Shown: piece after piece, positions 16,993 through 25,204 of the stretch
How positions within the stretch are numbered: position 1 is the stretch's first letter
How the letters are laid out: each line of letters opens with the position of its first letter
IMG/VR virus record: IMGVR_UViG_3300010998_000001
Coordinates: 1-27,476 of that record
From: a virus
Taxonomy: Duplodnaviria; Heunggongvirae; Uroviricota; Caudoviricetes
Reading direction: 5' to 3' (one strand)
DNA length: 27,476 nucleotides
Program-made: the position numbers and the translations under genes
The notes under the pieces: model-generated
The model's input: only the letters and a program-made list of their open reading frames with translations
Told to the model about the DNA's origin: nothing
Database searches by the model: none

Positions 16993-17155
16993 CGTAATAT
17001 GAGGGAATAATTGTGGATATTCTAATCAATCCTATCCTTGAACCTGGGAGTCATATCAAAGCTGAAATATATGGTGGTAATCATGCGGCTATACGCTTTA
17101 TTTCAATCCGAAGATGTGGATTCCGTATGATGTCGTTGGCATCATTGATTAACAG

Positions 17156-17587
17156 ATGTGGGATGAAGAGAATAGCAGATATGTAGAAACCAAGAAATTA
17201 TCTAACGGTCAGACGGTAATGATGGGATTCGATCTAACAGATTGGAACGGAGATACGAATTACTGGAATATTGAGCTGTCAGTTTATAACAAGAGAAAAG
17301 ATCAGTATTCAAATATGGACAAGATTGTTGTAACTGGCGGCTCTCCGTTTGAATCTTTTGCCGCCGCTAGAGAGATGTTCCATTCATTACTATATGATGT
17401 GCTAAACGAATACGGGGGATACGACAATGTAATCTATTGTTCATGGGTCGATAATCGTAGACGTGATGCCTATTATAAGTATCTGTCTAAATATGGTTTT
17501 ACATATACAAATTTATGGGGCCAAAAATTTATCGCCAGAAAATTTAGAAAAAATTTTGATTATAGCGATTTTGTTAATGAGGTATGA
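17156..17587 (+). CDS. Hypothetical protein
   Basis: 143 aa ORF overlapping the next gene (ATGA). Confidence 0.6.
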   Translation: MWDEENSRYVETKKLSNGQTVMMGFDLTDWNGDTNYWNIELSVYNKRKDQYSNMDKIVVTGGSPFESFAAAREMFHSLLYDVLNEYGGYDNVIYCSWVDNRRRDAYYKYLSKYGFTYTNLWGQKFIARKFRKNFDYSDFVNEV

Positions 17588-17853
17588 AAATGACAAATAA
17601 TGAAGCAATTTCTTATCTAATTGAAGCTTACGCATTTTGTTCCGCAAGATATTGTCCTAATGGCGAGTCTGCTGAATGGGAAGAAAAGCTTGAGAAGTTC
17701 CGCGAAGCAATTTCTCATGTTGCAACAAATCTAAATACGAGCATTATCAATTGGCGCGATTATCCTTTGGCTAGAAATGATCCGCCTGTCACGCCGATGA
17801 CTCCTTACGTTACATATTGCAATTCATCCAGAGGTATTTCAGAGGATGAGTAA
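17584..17853 (+). CDS. Hypothetical protein
   Basis: 89 aa; GAGG RBS. Confidence 0.55.
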   Translation: MKMTNNEAISYLIEAYAFCSARYCPNGESAEWEEKLEKFREAISHVATNLNTSIINWRDYPLARNDPPVTPMTPYVTYCNSSRGISEDE

Positions 17854-18592
17854 TGGATACCAGTTGGTAAACTTTTGTGAGTTCGATAAATACGCTGAGA
17901 AAAGTTATTGCGCTGTACATGGTGTTGATCCATCTTTAAATCTTGGTGATATTACAAAGGTTGATGAAACCAATCTTGCACCATTTAATATGATTTGCGG
18001 AGGAAGTCCATGCCAAGATTTCTCCGTCGCGGGAAGTCAAAAGGGAAGTAAATGGGTTTGTAATGAGTGCGGCCATACATATAATCCTCTGACGGTTCAT
18101 TATAGCTCAAGAGATCATTGCCCCATGTGTTTTGGCACAGACATTGATAAAACGCGGAGTTCTCTGCTTGTTGAATGGCTGCGTATCATTCGCGCCAATA
18201 AACCTAACTGGTGTATCTATGAAAATGTAAAGAATCTGGTTGGCAAGAAATTCAAAGACACGTTTCAGATGTTCCTCGATGAGCTGGATGCATATGGATA
18301 CAACTGTTATTATCAGGTACTTAACGCAAAAGACTTTGGTGTGCCTCAAAACAGAGAACGTGTCTATGTGATTGCCATTAAGAAAGAATTAGATAACGGC
18401 AAATTCAAATTCCCCGTTCCATTTGATAGTGATGTAAGCTTAAAGGATATTCTGGAAGAGGATGTAAATGCAAAGTATTATATCGACAGCCCAAAAGCCA
18501 CGGAGCTTATTGAAGAGCTGAAGGAGAACGGTAAGTTAGAACAAAACGTTTCTCGGACTATCCGCTCCGGGGGCGAGCGAGTTGCGACCTGA
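17846..18592 (+). CDS. DNA (cytosine-5)-methyltransferase, catalytic part (motifs II-VIII) with Zn-ribbon insertion
   Basis: FCEFDKYA (II), GDIT (III), GGSPCQDFS (IV), ENVKNL (VI), LNAKDFGVPQNRERVY (VII/VIII); no motif I at the N-terminus. Confidence 0.92.
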   Translation: MSNGYQLVNFCEFDKYAEKSYCAVHGVDPSLNLGDITKVDETNLAPFNMICGGSPCQDFSVAGSQKGSKWVCNECGHTYNPLTVHYSSRDHCPMCFGTDIDKTRSSLLVEWLRIIRANKPNWCIYENVKNLVGKKFKDTFQMFLDELDAYGYNCYYQVLNAKDFGVPQNRERVYVIAIKKELDNGKFKFPVPFDSDVSLKDILEEDVNAKYYIDSPKATELIEELKENGKLEQNVSRTIRSGGERVAT

Positions 18593-19301
18593 ACCATTAT
18601 TGGGATTTAGTATTCAAAAAAGAAAACAACATAATGAATGATATTATACGTTTAGGAAATGTATGTCCAACGAAAACCAGAGATAACCCAAACCAAGGAA
18701 GAGTTTACGATCCTTCTGGCATAGCGCCTACGATCACTAACCTTTCGGGGGAGGCAATCTTCAACCTATGGTGGTTGTAATATATAAACATGAGAAACAA
18801 GAAAGAATACATAGTTATGGCTCTGAGAGGTAGGAGTTCGGGGGTGACGGTTATGAACAAAAACCGGAACTACAATACGAGTTCACCAATACCATCACAA
18901 CCGTTTTGAAAGATAATTACATTTTAGAGCTGGTTGATAATCAAAATGAAGAAAATTACAGACATAATTGAGCCATTTGATGAAAATTATGTAAAGATTA
19001 AGCAAGCAACCAAACAGGGATATATCTTATGTCCGTTCGGGGGTGTGCAGATTTGAGTTTTCCTGGTTCTAAACTTCGTAGAGGAAGAGTACAGGGTGGA
19101 GGTTATATCTGCCCTACATTAATGGCTGGCGAGCCAAATATTTATAAGATCGAGAAAATAGAAAATGGTTAATGGTTTGAACACTTGTGAAAATGATTAC
19201 GCCAGAACGATCAAGGCTCAGTGTGGCAAAAATAGTATTGCTAACTTTTCAAGAATTGATGGTTTTGGTGCGACGGGAGCCATTGCGGGGGTGACGAGGA
19301 T
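18542..19301 (+). other. Array of five target-recognition-like modules, each interrupted by a C-G5 tract
   Basis: G5 at 18569-73, 18747-51, 18840-44, 19039-43 and 19287-91; each reads sensibly after adding one G. Confidence 0.8.
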
Positions 19302-19676
19302 TTGGATTACAGAATAAGAAAGTTGATCCCATTGGAGTGTTGGGAGCTGATGGGGTTTAGTAAAGAAGATTTCTTTTCTGCACAGCTCGGTTCAAGAGAT
19401 AAGGCTAAAGAGCTTTTGTCTAAATATCCCGATGGTGGTTTAGAAATGCTCGATGAGGCAGAGGCTAATTGTAAGGTTTCAAATAGTCAACTGTATAAAC
19501 AAGCTGGCAACTCTATTGTTGTTGATGTTTTGTATTACATATATAAAGAACTTTATGATGCAATGCCATATTTATTTGATGATCTCCAAGTAGGAAGTTA
19601 TTTCTCTGGCATCGGCGCATTTGAAAGAGGTCTTGATTTGTTATACGAAAACGTAATACAAACTAATGAAGGATAA
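19302..19676 (+). CDS. DNA (cytosine-5)-methyltransferase C-terminal part (motifs IX, X and relocated motif I)
   Basis: RIRKLIPLECWELMGF (IX), LYKQAGNSIVVDVL (X), then VGSYFSGIGAFE (I). Confidence 0.9.
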   Translation: MDYRIRKLIPLECWELMGFSKEDFFSAQLGSRDKAKELLSKYPDGGLEMLDEAEANCKVSNSQLYKQAGNSIVVDVLYYIYKELYDAMPYLFDDLQVGSYFSGIGAFERGLDLLYENVIQTNEG

Positions 19677-19678
19677 AT

Positions 19679-19879
19679 ATGAAAGATACATATGAGAACG
19701 CGAATTTTTGCGTATGTTGCGGAGAGATCATTCCTGAAGGAAGAATGGTTTGCAAAAGCTGTGAAGATGGGTCTTATTCGGCCTACAAGAAAGACCCTGG
19801 CAAGCGTAACAAAAGAGATAAAAAAAGAGGTCGCGGCAAACGCGCAGACCTCGATCTCCTTGATGATGCTTGGTATTAA
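19679..19879 (+). CDS. Small Zn-finger hypothetical protein
   Basis: CVCCGEIIPEGRMVCKSC. Confidence 0.65.
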   Translation: MKDTYENANFCVCCGEIIPEGRMVCKSCEDGSYSAYKKDPGKRNKRDKKRGRGKRADLDLLDDAWY

Positions 19880-20487
19880 GTTTTTTCTAAGAAAAGTTTT
19901 TGCATATCATTGTCCCACATAATGTTAGACCTATTGTTTTTCCATCTGGCGTAATCATTGATCCGATTCCTGGATGCTTCGCCAGATAGCATAAATCTTC
20001 TTTGAACATCATCCGCCACATGAATGTCCATTAAAGAGAAGAACGGCATAGGTGCAAGAAGCGTGGCAGCAAAATAATCCGCCTCTTTTTCATATTCTGG
20101 ATAGCTGCTTAGATCGTTTTCGGCAAACTTCTCAATATGTGGACACAATTCAAAGTGACCGCATAGGATATGGCCGATCTCGTGAGCTAGTGTCCAGCGC
20201 CTCCGGCCAGCATTATTATCAAACACGGCCTCATTTGTCATAATGAGATAACGATTTGTTGTTCGATCATAGTATGTGCAGCCAGACGTACTTTCGCAAG
20301 CGTCGATTACTTCTTGCACTTTCTTTCTGGACATGACAGCCACACGTTGATAGGAAGTATGGCGACAATTAGGGATAATGTTAACAATAGATTTAAGATC
20401 GAGCGGGAATTTAATGTGATCCATTCCCTTGTAGATTTCATATACGATGTTTTCAATATACCTATATCTTACCATCCTAATCTCCAA
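19876..20487 (-). CDS. ImmA/IrrE-family metallopeptidase
   Basis: RRRWTLAHEIGH (HExxH) and EKEADYFAATLLAP; directly downstream of the XRE gene. Confidence 0.9.
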   Translation of the reverse strand: MEIRMVRYRYIENIVYEIYKGMDHIKFPLDLKSIVNIIPNCRHTSYQRVAVMSRKKVQEVIDACESTSGCTYYDRTTNRYLIMTNEAVFDNNAGRRRWTLAHEIGHILCGHFELCPHIEKFAENDLSSYPEYEKEADYFAATLLAPMPFFSLMDIHVADDVQRRFMLSGEASRNRINDYARWKNNRSNIMWDNDMQKLFLEKT

Positions 20488-20818
20488 AAGCGTCTTTGAA
20501 TCCGGCGCGTAATATCGCCATCATCGTCTTACGACCTGAAGGTGACGAGTTCTCTCGCGCACGTTGGAACGCAATAATATCATCGTCGCCTAATAGTTCT
20601 GATGCAGGAGCTTCGATTTCTGTTCTACCAGAAAGGAAATCGACTGAAACGTTGAAATAATTGGCAATTCTCACCACCTTATCAATGGATGGCACATTGC
20701 GCGATTTCCACTTTGAAATAGTTCCGTTCGAGATACCACATTCTTTTTCAAGCTGCTGTAGTGTGACATGATTTCTTTCGCACAGCATTTTAATACGGTC
20801 ATACAAAGTGGTTTCCAT
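20477..20818 (-). CDS. XRE-family HTH repressor
   Basis: TLQQLEKECGISNGTISKW...PSIDKVVRIANYFNVSVDFL; AGGAG RBS on the minus strand. Confidence 0.92.
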   Translation of the reverse strand: METTLYDRIKMLCERNHVTLQQLEKECGISNGTISKWKSRNVPSIDKVVRIANYFNVSVDFLSGRTEIEAPASELLGDDDIIAFQRARENSSPSGRKTMMAILRAGFKDAFGD

Positions 20819-20860
20819 GTTTTATTCTCCTTGCTATACTGCGTATATTCTAATTCGGTA

Positions 20861-20889
20861 TTGACAATTAGAAAATAGGCTGTTATAAT
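20861..20889 (+). promoter_or_regulatory. Sigma-A-type promoter (rightward)
   Basis: TTGACA 20861-66, 17-bp spacer, TGnTATAAT (-10 at 20884-89). Confidence 0.85.
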
Positions 20890-20924
20890 AAGGCTTGGTT
20901 AGAAAATAAGCCTTGCACAATTAG

Positions 20925-20953
20925 ATTATACAGCGTATTCTCTATTAAGTCAA
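20925..20953 (-). promoter_or_regulatory. Sigma-A-type promoter (leftward, for the repressor-protease operon)
   Basis: Minus strand TTGACT (20953-20948), 17-bp spacer, TATAAT (20930-20925). Confidence 0.75.
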
Positions 20954-20984
20954 GACAAATTTACATAAGATGGGAGTTTGCAAC

Positions 20985-21296
20985 ATGGAAAAGTTTTATG
21001 CGAAAGATACTGACATTCCAATGGTTGTGGCGATTTTCGCAACAGAACAGGAACGAAACGATTGGGTCAACTACAAAGACTACGAAATTCTGCACCTCCC
21101 TCCAGAAGATGAAGAGTATAAGAGCCGCGTGGCAATTACATATGAAGAAGCGTATGACATTACTAATGGGATGATCCTTGAGGAAGAGTATTTCTTACCG
21201 GATGAATTTTTCGATCATATTAAGTTTTGCTGTAGCTGGCAGATGAATTTTTGTAATGAGGCAAGTAATGGAGAGCAAAGTATTTCAGTTAATTAA
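20985..21296 (+). CDS. Hypothetical acidic protein
   Basis: Within the 20970..21296 ORF; GGGAG RBS before MEKFY. Confidence 0.6.
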   Translation: MEKFYAKDTDIPMVVAIFATEQERNDWVNYKDYEILHLPPEDEEYKSRVAITYEEAYDITNGMILEEEYFLPDEFFDHIKFCCSWQMNFCNEASNGEQSISVN

Positions 21297-22539
21297 ACAA
21301 GAGCAGGACAGACAAGATTCTACGGTAGAGTTGATTGCTAGCGAAAATTTTGTAAGTGAAAACGTCTTGCGAGCAATGGGTTCCGTGCTGACAAATAAGT
21401 ACAGCGAGGGTTATCCAGATGTTGATAGAACTGGTAATCGCGGCAGATACTATGGCGGTTGCCACGTTGTAGATAAGATCGAGCAATATTGTTGTGACAA
21501 GTGGCGTGAGGTCTTTAGAACAAATTACCATGTGAATGTGCAACCACATTCTGGCTCTAGCGCAAATCTCGCGGCTTATATGAGCGTCTTAAAGCCTGGC
21601 GATACGATCCTTGCCATGAACTTGAATAATGGCGGGCATCTGACACATGGTAGCTCTGTCAATTTTAGCGGTAAACTTTTCAATTTCGTTTTCTATGATG
21701 TTGATGAGAATGGCTTAATTGACTATGATGATTTAGAAAACAAAATTTATGAATATCGCCCCAAGATGGTTGTTGCGGGGGCCAGCGCTTATTCTAGGAT
21801 TATTAATTTTAAGCGCATTCATAATATCATCACAACTGTCTTGGATAGAATTGCGGATGAGAACATTCATGCGCAACGTTTTAATCGAGATGGCGAATGT
21901 ATCTCAGATATTCCAGAAGATTATCCAAGACCTTATTTCATGGTGGATATGTCCCATATCGCTGGACTTGTGGCCGCTGGTTGGCATCCGTCGCCATTTG
22001 GCGAGGCTGATATTATTACTACGACAACTCATAAGACATTGCGAGGGCCGAGGGGCGGAATTATCTTTTGCCGTAATGCTCTAGCGAAGAAAGTTGATAG
22101 CGCTGTGTTCCCTGGTACACAGGGAGGAGCATTGCAGAATGTCATTGCGGCGAAGGCTATCGCGGCGGAAGAAGCTTGTACATATGAGTATAAAGATTAC
22201 ATACGCAGGGTAGTTGAAAACACACGAGCTATGGCCGAAGAGTTTTCCAATCTTGGCTATAACGTCGTAACTGGCGGAACAGATAACCACTTATTCCTAA
22301 TAGATTTTTCTAAGACGCATCCTAATCTGACAGGTGCTATGATCCAGGCTGAATTAGATGCCCATGGCATCACGGTCAATAAGAACTGCGTTCCTGGTGA
22401 AAAGCGGAGTCCAAAGGAAACAAGCGGCATCCGCGTCGGGTGTGCAGCTATGACAACAAAAGGATTTAATAAAGATCATTTTGTAATTCTGGCGCACAAT
22501 ATAGACAGGATCATTAAGAAGATGGATACAGACAATTAA
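21256..22539 (+). CDS. glyA: Serine hydroxymethyltransferase
   Basis: ELIASEN, NKYSEGYP, RYYGGC, NVQPHSG, GGHLTHG, TTTTHKTLRGPRGG, GGTDNHL; likely start ATG 21268. Confidence 0.96.
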   Translation: MRQVMESKVFQLIKQEQDRQDSTVELIASENFVSENVLRAMGSVLTNKYSEGYPDVDRTGNRGRYYGGCHVVDKIEQYCCDKWREVFRTNYHVNVQPHSGSSANLAAYMSVLKPGDTILAMNLNNGGHLTHGSSVNFSGKLFNFVFYDVDENGLIDYDDLENKIYEYRPKMVVAGASAYSRIINFKRIHNIITTVLDRIADENIHAQRFNRDGECISDIPEDYPRPYFMVDMSHIAGLVAAGWHPSPFGEADIITTTTHKTLRGPRGGIIFCRNALAKKVDSAVFPGTQGGALQNVIAAKAIAAEEACTYEYKDYIRRVVENTRAMAEEFSNLGYNVVTGGTDNHLFLIDFSKTHPNLTGAMIQAELDAHGITVNKNCVPGEKRSPKETSGIRVGCAAMTTKGFNKDHFVILAHNIDRIIKKMDTDN

Positions 22540-22584
22540 ACAATAAATGAAATGCTGTCCAATAAACAGAACAACTATGGAGAA

Positions 22585-22851
22585 ATGATTATGTTTTGTT
22601 CACGTTGCCAAATTCCAATGCACATGGTAATGAGTTTTGATGGCAATAAAGCACATCAATTCTGGCGTTGTCAAAAGTGTTGGTATGAATCCAGACATAT
22701 CCCTCTATTTTTAAAAGACGAAACAGAAAAACAAACTAAAGCCAGAAAGCGAGAAAAGAAAAGTGTATTACGGGTACATAACGACAATCAAGGAATTAAG
22801 AAAACACGGAAACGCAGATCGCCTTCAGGTCGCAACCGTATTCGGAAATGA
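22585..22851 (+). CDS. Hypothetical Zn-ribbon protein
   Basis: CSRC and CQKC; GGAG RBS; tail overlaps the next gene. Confidence 0.45.
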   Translation: MIMFCSRCQIPMHMVMSFDGNKAHQFWRCQKCWYESRHIPLFLKDETEKQTKARKREKKSVLRVHNDNQGIKKTRKRRSPSGRNRIRK

Positions 22852-24076
22852 TGTCATTGTCGATCTAAGCTATGAGATTGGGAAGAGGGTTGTTTACTTT
22901 CCAGTTGATGGACAACTGAGCGAAGAGTTTTGTGAAGATAACAACCTTGTTCGCAAGAAGGATGAAGATGGTAACAACATTGGTGGCTATCTCGATCCAA
23001 ACAAGAGAAACATAATTGCGCTAAAGCTTCGCGGAGAGAAATCTGACGGTTTGGTTCTTCCTATCGAGGTTCTTGCTAAATATACCGATGTTTCCAAATT
23101 AAGCGACGGAGATAAGATCGACATTATCAACGGTCATGAGATTTGCAAGAAGTATATTCCAGTAAGAAAGACTCCGCCCACGACGAATCACCAGAAGAAT
23201 TATAAGAAAAACAAGAAAGAAGAACGGTTCAATGTTTCTTATCCGTACTTCGTAGAGCATGAAGATACTGCGCAGCTCGCATATAATCAGAGCGCTTTCA
23301 AGCCTGGCGATATTTGCTATATCACTTTGAAAATGCATGGTACGAGCGCCAGAACGATGAACGCAGTTGAAGTTACTAGAAAGATGCCAAATAAATTATC
23401 TCGTCTGTTTGGCGCAAAACCCAAAGAGCATCGTACATACAAGATCGTTAGCGGTACGCGCAGAGTAGTTCTTAGAAATTATGATGGTGGCTGGTATGGA
23501 AGTAACGCCTTCCGCGAGAAATATCATGAGTTCTTTAAGAACAGATTGCCAAAGGGCGTAGAAATTTTCTATGAAATCGTTGGTTATACGACTGGTGACA
23601 ACACCATCATGGGACGATGCTCTAATAGTAAGGTTAATGACAAAGAGTTCAAGCGCCAATATGGAGCAGAAACAGTTTTCTCTTATGGCTGTGAACCGGG
23701 GGAGAACGAGGCTTATGTGTATCGTATGACGATCACTAATGAAGATGGTTTCCGTGTAGAGCTGCCTTGGGAGCAAGTGCAGATTGAATGTGAAAAGATG
23801 GGCGTGAAATGTGTTCCCACATTTGAGAAATTCATTTTCACAACATGGGACGATCTCATGGAGAGAGTAGAGAAGTATTACGATGGCCCCGATCCTATTG
23901 GCAAGACACATATCCGCGAGGGCGTAGTTGTCCGCATTGGCAATCGAGAGAAGTTTACAGCTTACAAGCATAAAAATTTCTATTTCAAATGTATCGAAGG
24001 GCTAATCAAAGATACGTCTGATGCGCCGGATATGGAAGAAGAGCAGGAACTAATCATCGAAGAAAATATTGAATAA
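22763..24076 (+). CDS. RNA ligase (DRB0094/Rnl2-like) with N-terminal tRNA-binding OB-like domain
   Basis: HGNADRLQ N-terminus; nucleotidyltransferase motifs TLKMHGTS (I), FYEIVG (III), REGVV (IV), YKHKN (V). Confidence 0.82.
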   Translation: MYYGYITTIKELRKHGNADRLQVATVFGNDVIVDLSYEIGKRVVYFPVDGQLSEEFCEDNNLVRKKDEDGNNIGGYLDPNKRNIIALKLRGEKSDGLVLPIEVLAKYTDVSKLSDGDKIDIINGHEICKKYIPVRKTPPTTNHQKNYKKNKKEERFNVSYPYFVEHEDTAQLAYNQSAFKPGDICYITLKMHGTSARTMNAVEVTRKMPNKLSRLFGAKPKEHRTYKIVSGTRRVVLRNYDGGWYGSNAFREKYHEFFKNRLPKGVEIFYEIVGYTTGDNTIMGRCSNSKVNDKEFKRQYGAETVFSYGCEPGENEAYVYRMTITNEDGFRVELPWEQVQIECEKMGVKCVPTFEKFIFTTWDDLMERVEKYYDGPDPIGKTHIREGVVVRIGNREKFTAYKHKNFYFKCIEGLIKDTSDAPDMEEEQELIIEENIE

Positions 24077-24092
24077 TACATAAGGTGTTTAC

Positions 24093-24629
24093 ATGGCTTT
24101 GACGGCGGAACAGCAAGAATTAGTAACTAACAACCATCAACTGATTTACGGATTCTGCAATCAAAGAAATATATCGCTTGAAGAAAACTACGATCTATGC
24201 GCCATTGGGTTATGCAAAGCAGCGGAGATTTTTGATCCGAGCCGGGGGCTTTCGTTTTCCACTCTGGCGTATAGATGTATGGCTAATGAAGTTCAAATGC
24301 AAAAGCGGAAAGAAAACACAATTGCCAGAAAAGCAGATGTTTCCGCAGATTCATTAGACAGAACAATTAAAACAGATGGCGGTACAACAATTACACTCCA
24401 TGATGTTCTATCCAATACATTGGTCGCAAATCATAATCCTCTTTCTACTGTAATGTTCAAAGATTTCTATGAATCATTAACGGAACAAGAAAAGATTGTG
24501 ATTGCGTACAGAATGGCAGGATTGAAACAGCGTGAGATTGCAGAGAGAATACATAAATCGAGAGCATATGTCTGTATGATTCTATCCAGAGTAAAAGAAA
24601 AGGTAGCGAGGTACACAGAGATTATATGA
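24093..24629 (+). CDS. Sigma-70-family sigma factor
   Basis: IGLCKAAEIFDPSRGLSFSTLAYRCM (region 2); C-terminal HTH KQREIAERIHKSRAYV (region 4). Confidence 0.85.
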   Translation: MALTAEQQELVTNNHQLIYGFCNQRNISLEENYDLCAIGLCKAAEIFDPSRGLSFSTLAYRCMANEVQMQKRKENTIARKADVSADSLDRTIKTDGGTTITLHDVLSNTLVANHNPLSTVMFKDFYESLTEQEKIVIAYRMAGLKQREIAERIHKSRAYVCMILSRVKEKVARYTEII

Positions 24630-25183
24630 TTGTTCAAGACCTACATAATTTGCCGAAAACGTATGATTTGATTTATGCTGATCCGCCGTGGAAACAAAGC
24701 AAGGGCGGTAAGAAAGCTGTTAGAGCCAATAGCAGCGGAACAGAACTTGATTATCCAGTAATGAGCTTAGATGATATTAAAGAACATTTGCGGCTCGCAA
24801 CAGACAGTTCGGGGGAGAACGCGATACTTTTCTTGTGGACGATAGACAAGTATTTGTTTGAAGCGCAGCAGATAGCAGAATCTCTTGGCTGGAAACTCCA
24901 TGCAAGAATGATATGGGATAAGGTTACTGGCATCCCTGCCGCGTTTACTGTTCGATATGGGCATGAGTATTTACTTTATATGTATAAGGGGAAGTTCACT
25001 CCTGTTGCGACGGAAGAGCGCGGAAAGATACATACTGTGTTCCGCGAAAAGGTCACATCTCATAGCAAAAAGCCTAAGATTGCATACAATATCATCGAAA
25101 GACTTTATCCGACTCTTTCTAAGATCGAGCTTTATGCTCGAAATGAAAGAGAAGGGTGGGATAGTTTTGGTAACGAATTGTGA
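24626..25183 (+). CDS. MT-A70-family adenine methyltransferase
   Basis: YDLIYADPPW, LFLW, HEYLL, HSKKP and IELYAR motifs. Confidence 0.92.
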   Translation: MIVQDLHNLPKTYDLIYADPPWKQSKGGKKAVRANSSGTELDYPVMSLDDIKEHLRLATDSSGENAILFLWTIDKYLFEAQQIAESLGWKLHARMIWDKVTGIPAAFTVRYGHEYLLYMYKGKFTPVATEERGKIHTVFREKVTSHSKKPKIAYNIIERLYPTLSKIELYARNEREGWDSFGNEL

Positions 25184-25204
25184 AATTTAGAGGAAAACAA
25201 ACTA

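Noticed and set aside
18748-18780. The unshifted frame after the second MTase G5 reads GEAIFNLWWL*, matching the motif of the PAPS-reductase cassettes
   Set aside because: It is the alternative frame of GGGNLQPMVV, which fits the MTase module, and I see no extended nucleotide similarity to 7074-7636. Treated as coincidence, though a quick alignment would settle it.
18569-19291. Canonical -1 ribosomal frameshift heptamer at the G5 sites
   Set aside because: The sites fall in two codon phases (NNC GGG GGN and NCG GGG GNN), do not fit X XXY YYZ, and the second phase also occurs in intact glyA, RNA ligase and MT-A70 genes.
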